Part shown: piece by piece, positions 58,364-64,000 of the stretch
Layout of the letters: each line of letters starts with the position of its first letter
Position numbering within the stretch: position 1 is the first letter of the stretch
The notes under the pieces: generated by a model
What the model was told of the DNA's origin: nothing
Database searches by the model: none
The model's input: the letters and a program-made list of their open reading frames with translations, nothing else
DNA from: an uncultured delta proteobacterium
GTDB lineage: Bacteria > Myxococcota > Myxococcia > Myxococcales > Anaeromyxobacteraceae
DNA length: 64,000 nt
Direction of reading: 5' to 3'
NCBI GenBank assembly: GCA_963766715.1
Contig: CAVYBH010000009.1
Coordinates: 1-64,000, forward strand
Made by a program: the position numbers and the translations under genes

Positions 58364-58840
58364 TCAGCGGTCCTCCCCCTCGTCCACGTACACTCCTAGT
58401 GCGGACGAGACGGCCCGGCCGGAGAATCCGCGACCCAGGAGGAAGCGGCCGAGGCGGGCCCGCTCCCGGTCGTCGAGCTCGGCGATGGGGCGCCGGGCGC
58501 GCCGCTCGGCCAGGAGGCGGCAGCGGGCGGACTCCTCGGGCCCGAGGGCGTCGGCGACGGCGCGGCGGGCGTCTTCGCGAGGGATGCCGCTGGCGGCCAG
58601 GCGGCGCTCGGCCAGGCGCGGCCCGAGGCGACCCGGCGCGACGAGCAAGCGGGCCCGGTCGCGGGCGAAGGCGGCGTCGTCGAGGTAGCCCAGCCCGCGC
58701 AGCCAGGTCACCACCCCGTCCGCCTCCTCGGGGAAGCCGGCCAGGACGAGCCGCTCCCGGATCTGGGCCTCGGTGCGGGGGCGCGCGGCGAGCAGCCGGA
58801 GCGCCCGGGCGCGGGCGCGGGACTGCGGGGACTCGGTCAA
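58364..58840 (-). CDS. recX: regulatory protein RecX
   Basis: ALRLLAARPRTEAQIRERL, GYLDDAAFA, RFLLGRGFS; TTG start approximate. Confidence 0.85.
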   Translation of the reverse strand: MTESPQSRARARALRLLAARPRTEAQIRERLVLAGFPEEADGVVTWLRGLGYLDDAAFARDRARLLVAPGRLGPRLAERRLAASGIPREDARRAVADALGPEESARCRLLAERRARRPIAELDDRERARLGRFLLGRGFSGRAVSSALGVYVDEGEDR

Positions 58841-58869
58841 GCGGGGTTCCGGGGAGGCGCGGGCGCGGC

Positions 58870-60165
58870 CTAGAAGCGCTCGATCTGGAAATCGTCCTCG
58901 GCGGGCGCCGGGGCGGAATCGGCGGGACGCGGGGCGGCGACGCGGCCGATGGGGACGGCCGCCGCAGGGGCGGCAGCCGGCCGGGGCGCGGGACGGGGCG
59001 CCGGGCGCGGGACGGGGGCGGCCGCCGCGGGCGCCGCCTTCGGTGCGGAGGCCTCCGGGGAACCGTCGAAGTTGTCCCACTTCGAGTCGCTGGTGCCGGA
59101 GATGCCCGAGACCCGCAGCGCGAAGTCGTCGGGGTTCGTGGCCTGGCGCAGGGCCTCCTCGTAGCTCACCAGGCCGGAGCGGTAGAGCCCCATGAGCGAC
59201 TGGTCGAAGGTCTGCATCCCGTAGGACACGTGCCCCTGCGAGATGGCGTCGGAGATCTCCTTGGTGCGGTCCTTGTCCTCGACCAGCTCCCGGACGCGGG
59301 TGGTGGCGAGGAGCACCTCGACGGCGGGCACGCGGCCGTGGCCGTCGGCGCGGGGAACCAGCCGCTGGCTGATCACCGCGCGCAGCACGGCGCCGAGCTG
59401 CAGCCGCACCTGCTTCTGCTGGTACGGGGGGAAGGCCGAGATGATGCGGTTGATGGTCTCGGTGGCGTCGAGGGTGTGCAGGGTCGACATCACCAGGTGG
59501 CCGGTCTCGGCGGCGGTGAGCGCGGTCTCGATGGTCTCGAGGTCCCGCATCTCGCCCACCAGGATCACGTCGGGGTCCTGGCGCAGCGCGCTCTTCAGCG
59601 CCTGCCCGAAGCTCATCGTGTCGACGCCCACCTCGCGCTGGTTCACGATCGACCGCTTGTCGCGGATGAGGAACTCGATGGGGTCCTCGATCGTCATGAT
59701 GTGGCAGGTCTCGGTCGCGTTGACGAAGTCGACCATGGCCGCGAGCGTCGTGGACTTGCCGGAGCCGGTGGTGCCGGTGACCAGGATCAGGCCGCGCTGC
59801 TCGGCGGCGATCTTCTCGAGGACCTTGGGCAGCATGAGCTGCTCGATGGTCTGGATGCGGAAGGGGATCACGCGGAGCACGACGCCGAGCGAGCCGCGCT
59901 GCTGGAAGACGTTCACGCGGAAGCGGCCCAGGCCGGGGACGCCGTAGGCCAGGTCGACCTCGTTGGTCTGCTTGAACTTCTCGCGCTGGTACTCGTTCAT
60001 GATGCCGAGCGCCATCCGCGAGATCTCCTCGGGCGGGAGGCGGCGGGCATCCTTGAGCGGCACCAGCGCCCCGTCGATGCGGAACATCGGGGGCAGGCCG
60101 GCCTTCAGGTGGATGTCGCTGGCGCCGGACCGCAGCGCGATCTGCAGGATCTCGTTCAGCTCCAT
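58870..60165 (-). CDS. pilT: type IV pilus retraction ATPase PilT family
   Basis: ASDIHL, GRFRVNVF, GTTGSGKST, TIEDPIE, ALRQDPDVILVGEMRD, TGHLVMSTLHT, GMQTFDQSL. Confidence 0.92.
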   Translation of the reverse strand: MELNEILQIALRSGASDIHLKAGLPPMFRIDGALVPLKDARRLPPEEISRMALGIMNEYQREKFKQTNEVDLAYGVPGLGRFRVNVFQQRGSLGVVLRVIPFRIQTIEQLMLPKVLEKIAAEQRGLILVTGTTGSGKSTTLAAMVDFVNATETCHIMTIEDPIEFLIRDKRSIVNQREVGVDTMSFGQALKSALRQDPDVILVGEMRDLETIETALTAAETGHLVMSTLHTLDATETINRIISAFPPYQQKQVRLQLGAVLRAVISQRLVPRADGHGRVPAVEVLLATTRVRELVEDKDRTKEISDAISQGHVSYGMQTFDQSLMGLYRSGLVSYEEALRQATNPDDFALRVSGISGTSDSKWDNFDGSPEASAPKAAPAAAAPVPRPAPRPAPRPAAAPAAAVPIGRVAAPRPADSAPAPAEDDFQIERF

Positions 60166-60358
60166 GACGAGTCGGAAGCGTACCACCGGGGCCGGAGGGA
60201 TTCCACGAACCGTGGACCGTGATCGCACGACGGGGGAATCCGCTGTGGGATGACTCCCCACAGCGGGCGCGCGATATCGACCGGGTGACGCGGGGCCGGG
60301 ACGAGAACGCCGCCCGCACCCGGAGGCACGGACGGCGTCGTCCCGTACGGCTGGGCGG

Positions 60359-60751
60359 CTAGCGCTTCGAGAACTGGAAGCGCTTGCGGGCGCCGGGCTG
60401 GCCGTACTTCTTGCGCTCGACCGCGCGGGCGTCGCGGGTCAGGAAGCCGGCCTTCTTCAGGGCCGGACGCCACTCGGGGTTGAGGACCGAGAGGGCGCGC
60501 GAGATGCCGTGGCGGATGGCGCCGGCCTGGCCGGACAGCCCTCCCCCGTTGGCGTTCACGAACACGTCCATCTTGCCCATCTGGTCGACGAGCTTGAGCG
60601 GCTCGACCAGGATCATCTTGGAGGTCTCGCGGCCGAAGTACTGGTCGAGGGACTTTCCGTTGACGGTGATCGTCCCGGTGCCCGGGACGAGCCGGACGCG
60701 CGCGACGGATTCCTTGCGGCGACCGGTGGTGATCTTCTGCGTCGTGGCCAT
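60359..60751 (-). CDS. rpsI: 30S ribosomal protein S9
   Basis: [27 protein letters not shown]...QFSKR. Confidence 0.98.
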   Translation of the reverse strand: MATTQKITTGRRKESVARVRLVPGTGTITVNGKSLDQYFGRETSKMILVEPLKLVDQMGKMDVFVNANGGGLSGQAGAIRHGISRALSVLNPEWRPALKKAGFLTRDARAVERKKYGQPGARKRFQFSKR

Positions 60752-60761
60752 CTCGATTCCT

Positions 60762-61209
60762 CTAGGCGGAGATCTTCAGGGCTTCGGGCTTCTGCGCGGC
60801 GTGCGGATGCGCAGGCGCCGGCGTAGACCTTCAGCTTGGTCATCATCGCGCGCCCGAGGGCGTTGCGAGGGAGCATGCGCTTCACGGCGAAGATGAGGAT
60901 GTCCTCAGGGTGCCGGGCGCGGACCTTCTCGGCGGGCGTCAGCTTGGCGCCGCCGGGGTGCATGGTGTGGGAGAAGTAGAGCTTCTCCTGCTCCTTCTTG
61001 CCGGTGAAGCGGGCCTTCTCGGCGTTGATCACGACGACGAAGTCCCCGGTGTCGAGGGAGGGCGTGTACGACGCCTTGTGCTTGCCCTTCAGGAGGGTCG
61101 CGATGCGGGTCGCGGCGCGGCCGACCGTCAGGTCCGTCGCGTCGACGATCCACCACTTTCGCGAGCGGAGGGCTTCCGCCTGCGTGGTGCTGTGAGTTGC
61201 CTTGTTCAT
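60762..61209 (-). CDS. rplM: 50S ribosomal protein L13 (frameshift near C-terminus)
   Basis: [38 protein letters not shown], then HPHAAQKP in another frame. Confidence 0.96.
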
Positions 61210-61245
61210 GGAAAACCTGGTGTTTCGAGCGATTTGGAAGGGGCG

Positions 61246-61274
61246 TTCCTAGCGGAACCCCCCCGGATTGTCAA
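61246..61274 (-). promoter_or_regulatory. sigma70-type promoter of rplM-rpsI
   Basis: TTGACA-17 nt-TAGGAA. Confidence 0.55.
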
Positions 61275-61329
61275 GGAAGGACGAGCCGGCCGGTGATTGG
61301 CCGGGGGATCGTCCGGCACCCCGCCAGGG

Positions 61330-62025
61330 TTACGGCAGGTGATAGCCCAGGAAGAGCTGCGTGGTGAAGGCGAATGCGGTGGCGGTCCCGCCGGGGATTC
61401 CGCCCCCGGGGGAGGAGTAGGCGTCGATCGCCGCGCCGAAGCGGGTGTTGAGGCCGACCGAGACGTCCGGCGTGGGGTGGTACTCGACGTACGGACCGGC
61501 CGCCGGGCCGAAGACGAAGCGCGGCGAGAGCGGACCGCTCACGAGGAGGGTCATGTTGAAGTCGAGCCCGACGCCGACCTCGAGGTCCTTCTGGATCGGG
61601 AAGCCCATGACCACGCCCACCGGGAACTGGAAGCCGAACATCGCCGAGCTCGTCGTGTAGAGCTTGAGGCCCGGATCGACGTGGAAGAGGAGCTTGAAGT
61701 CCTTGCTCTGCAGGAGCTGGAAGCGGAACGGCGCGTAGAACGACAGGCCGAACTGGCTGTCGGTCGAGCCCTCGAAGCCGTAGAGCAGGCCGAGGCGCAG
61801 GCTCACGTCGGACTTCGGGGTGAGGCCGAAGGTGTAGCCGAAGGTGGTGCTGGGCCAGCCGGCCTGGACGTCGAGCACGGGGCGGCCGGGGGCGACCGTC
61901 TCGGTGCCCACGACGCTCCAGCCGGTGAGGCCGGCGTGCTCGGCCTGCGCGGAGGCGGCAACGGGAGAGAGGGCGGCGGTGACCAGAATGGCGGCGGCGA
62001 GCGCGATGCGGCTGCGGGTCGTCAT
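61330..62025 (-). CDS. secreted beta-strand-rich protein, probable outer membrane barrel
   Basis: Signal peptide with AQA cleavage site; alternating aromatic strands; C-terminus FTTQLFLGYHLP; GGAGG RBS. Confidence 0.7.
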   Translation of the reverse strand: MTTRSRIALAAAILVTAALSPVAASAQAEHAGLTGWSVVGTETVAPGRPVLDVQAGWPSTTFGYTFGLTPKSDVSLRLGLLYGFEGSTDSQFGLSFYAPFRFQLLQSKDFKLLFHVDPGLKLYTTSSAMFGFQFPVGVVMGFPIQKDLEVGVGLDFNMTLLVSGPLSPRFVFGPAAGPYVEYHPTPDVSVGLNTRFGAAIDAYSSPGGGIPGGTATAFAFTTQLFLGYHLP

Positions 62026-62133
62026 GTTTCTGCCTCCTTCGAGGGGGGAATGCACGGGGCGCCGAAGTTCGGTGGGCCGCCCCGCGTGCAGGCTCCCTTT
62101 AGCGGTCAATGGCTCGGGGCGTCAAGCGGCGAT

Positions 62134-62168
62134 GCACCTTCGGTGCCTTCGGTCCGCACCTTCGGTGC
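62134..62168. repeat. short tandem repeat / mini-hairpins
   Basis: GCACCTTCGGTGC at 62134-62146 and 62156-62168; CCTTCGGT core occurs three times. Confidence 0.6.
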
Positions 62169-62179
62169 CGGACGTGCGG

Positions 62180-64000
62180 TCATCGTCCGTTTCCGCCCAG
62201 ACGGGCGCGAAGCGCCTGCAGTACCTCGTTCGACCGGACGGCGGCGGCCTCGACCGAGGCGCCGCTCTCCGGGTCGTGCCGGACGTGGGCTCCGGCAGGG
62301 AAGTCCTCCAGGAAGCGGCTGACCGTCCTGGGCTCCAATCGGCCGCGCCTCGTCCGCGCGCTCGCCCTCGTGACCCAGAGCGACTCCCGGGCTCGAGTGA
62401 TTCCGACGTAGGCGAGCCGACGCTCCTCCTCCAGGTCCCGCGCCTCGCCCTGGATGCCGGAGACCGGCAGGAGGTCCTCCTCGAAGCCGATCAGGAAGAC
62501 GACCGGGAACTCGAGCCCCTTCGCGGCATGGAGCGTCATGAGGGTGACCCCCTCCGCGTCATCCGGCTCCTCGTCGCGCGAGTCGAGCGCCAGGCGCTGG
62601 AGGAACGACCGGAGCGTCGCCTTCGGGTCGCGGCGCTCGTGCGACTCCAGGGACCGCAGCACCGCGTCGACCGAGTCGACCTTCCTGGCGCCGGCCTCGG
62701 CCGAGAGAACGCTCTGGCGAACCCAGTCCCGTAGGCCGAGTTCCTCGACCAGGGCGCGGCCACCCTCCGCCAATCGTCCGGCACCGAACCTGGCCCGACA
62801 CCGTTCGATGGTCGCGGCAAACTCGGCCATCTTTTCCGGCGCCCCGCGTGGGATGTCCGGCACGGCGGACGCGGACTTCAGCCCCGAGGCCAGGGTCCTT
62901 TCATTCCGCGCCGCCCAGTCGGCGAGGCGGGCCATGGCAACGTCGCCGATTCCTCGTGGCGGGACGTTGGCGACCCGCGCCAGCGACACGTCGTCGTCGG
63001 GGAACGCGCAGATCTTGAGCCACGCGAGGACGTCGCGAACCTCGGCTCGGTCGAAGAAGGCGGGGCCGCCTTTGACTCGGTGACCGATTCCGAGCTCGCG
63101 GAGCGCTTCCTCGAGATGCTGGCTCTGTGCGTTCAGGCGGTACAGGACGGCAAAATCGGAGGCGGCCCTTCCCTCGGCCATTCCGGTCCGGATCTCCCCC
63201 GCGACGAACCTCGCCTCCTCCTCCTCGTCCTGGAGGACCGCGACCCGGACGGGGTCGCCAGGACCCGCATCGGTCCAGAGACGCTTGGGGCGCCGCTCCG
63301 CCGATCGGGCGATCACCGCGTTCGCGCACTCGAGGATCCGCCCGGTGGAACGGTAGTTCTGCTCGAGCCGGATGATGGCGGCGCCCGGGAAGTGCCGCTC
63401 GAACCGGAGGATGTTGCGAACCTCCGCGCCTCTCCAGCCGTAGATGGACTGGTCGTCGTCCCCCACCGCGCACAGGCTCCGGCCGCTCCAGCCAGGGGGC
63501 ACCTGGAAACCCTTGGGCTCGGCTTCCGGCCCGGCGTCGCGGGAAGAACGTCCGGGCGAAGATCGTCCGGCACCGCGCGTCGCGCGTCCCCGTCCGGCAC
63601 CCAGGTCGGCCGCACACAGGAGCTCCAGCAAGCGCAACTGGACGCGATTCGTGTCCTGGTACTCGTCCACCAGGACGTGGCGGAACCTGTCGCGGTACGT
63701 GGCCCGGAGTGCTTCGTTTTCCTCCAGGAGGGCCGTGGGGCGGACGATCAGGTCGTCAAAATCCAGCGATCGCTGTGCGCGCAACGCCTGCTCGTACCGG
63801 GGGACGATCTCGTCGGCGATGGCCTCGTAGTCTCCGGCATCATCACCTGGTCCGGTGAGGCCCTTCGCCGGGCCGAATTGGTCCGACTTCCGGCGCGAGA
63901 TGATCCCGAGGAGCTGCCGGACGTCGAACCGGCGCGATTCCATCTGGACGTCGCGAAGACATCGCTTGAGCAACGTCATCTGGTCCCCCGCGTCGCAGAT
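62180..64000 (-). CDS. UvrD/Rep/PcrA family helicase, 5' part outside window
   Basis: LDFDDL, LVDEYQDTN, VGDDDQSIYGWRGA, LEQNYRST, AVLYR, TLHAAKGLEF, EERRLAYVGITRA. Confidence 0.95.
   Translation of the reverse strand: MCDAGDQMTLLKRCLRDVQMESRRFDVRQLLGIISRRKSDQFGPAKGLTGPGDDAGDYEAIADEIVPRYEQALRAQRSLDFDDLIVRPTALLEENEALRATYRDRFRHVLVDEYQDTNRVQLRLLELLCAADLGAGRGRATRGAGRSSPGRSSRDAGPEAEPKGFQVPPGWSGRSLCAVGDDDQSIYGWRGAEVRNILRFERHFPGAAIIRLEQNYRSTGRILECANAVIARSAERRPKRLWTDAGPGDPVRVAVLQDEEEEARFVAGEIRTGMAEGRAASDFAVLYRLNAQSQHLEEALRELGIGHRVKGGPAFFDRAEVRDVLAWLKICAFPDDDVSLARVANVPPRGIGDVAMARLADWAARNERTLASGLKSASAVPDIPRGAPEKMAEFAATIERCRARFGAGRLAEGGRALVEELGLRDWVRQSVLSAEAGARKVDSVDAVLRSLESHERRDPKATLRSFLQRLALDSRDEEPDDAEGVTLMTLHAAKGLEFPVVFLIGFEEDLLPVSGIQGEARDLEEERRLAYVGITRARESLWVTRASARTRRGRLEPRTVSRFLEDFPAGAHVRHDPESGASVEAAAVRSNEVLQALRARLGGNGR

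Noticed and set aside
62134..62168. CRISPR array
   Set aside because: Repeats are 8-13 nt with no spacers of CRISPR length, and no cas genes are present.

Overview
GC-rich bacterial DNA. Gene content (TIGR04552-like, TIGR02266 PilZ, MXAN_5187-like C-terminal domain, GltI/GltJ-like pair, FHA-sigma54 activator, Cys-rich Pal) points to an Anaeromyxobacter-like member of Myxococcota; this is inference from recognised families, not a database search. The window is mostly core chromosome: ffh, cpoB-pal, PBP1A, S46 peptidase, nadA, tig-clpP-clpX-(PLP enzyme)-lon, six intact tRNAs (five of them clustered), rdgB, rph, amidase, selD, bamD, recX, pilT, rplM-rpsI and a partial UvrD helicase. A more accessory-looking block at 1-5.9 kb holds a decayed tRNA-Leu, two paralogous tri-heme cytochromes, a DUF4136 lipoprotein, a YfhO-like GT-C protein and a beta-barrel. 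About 20 genes, including rplM and bamD, are split by single-base frameshifts, most likely long-read assembly errors, so split genes are merged here. No CRISPR array, transposase, integrase or rRNA was seen. Most notable: a selenocysteine-containing SelD (in-frame UGA plus SECIS-like hairpin) missed by the ORF track; a truncated GltJ-like protein behind a ~3000-aa GltI-like TPR protein, with no other glt genes nearby; an SspB-like ClpXP adaptor candidate; seven sigma70-type promoters that all lack the -7 T; and an unannotated 59-aa ORF. I cannot support a claim of a wholly new system; the findings are candidates to test.
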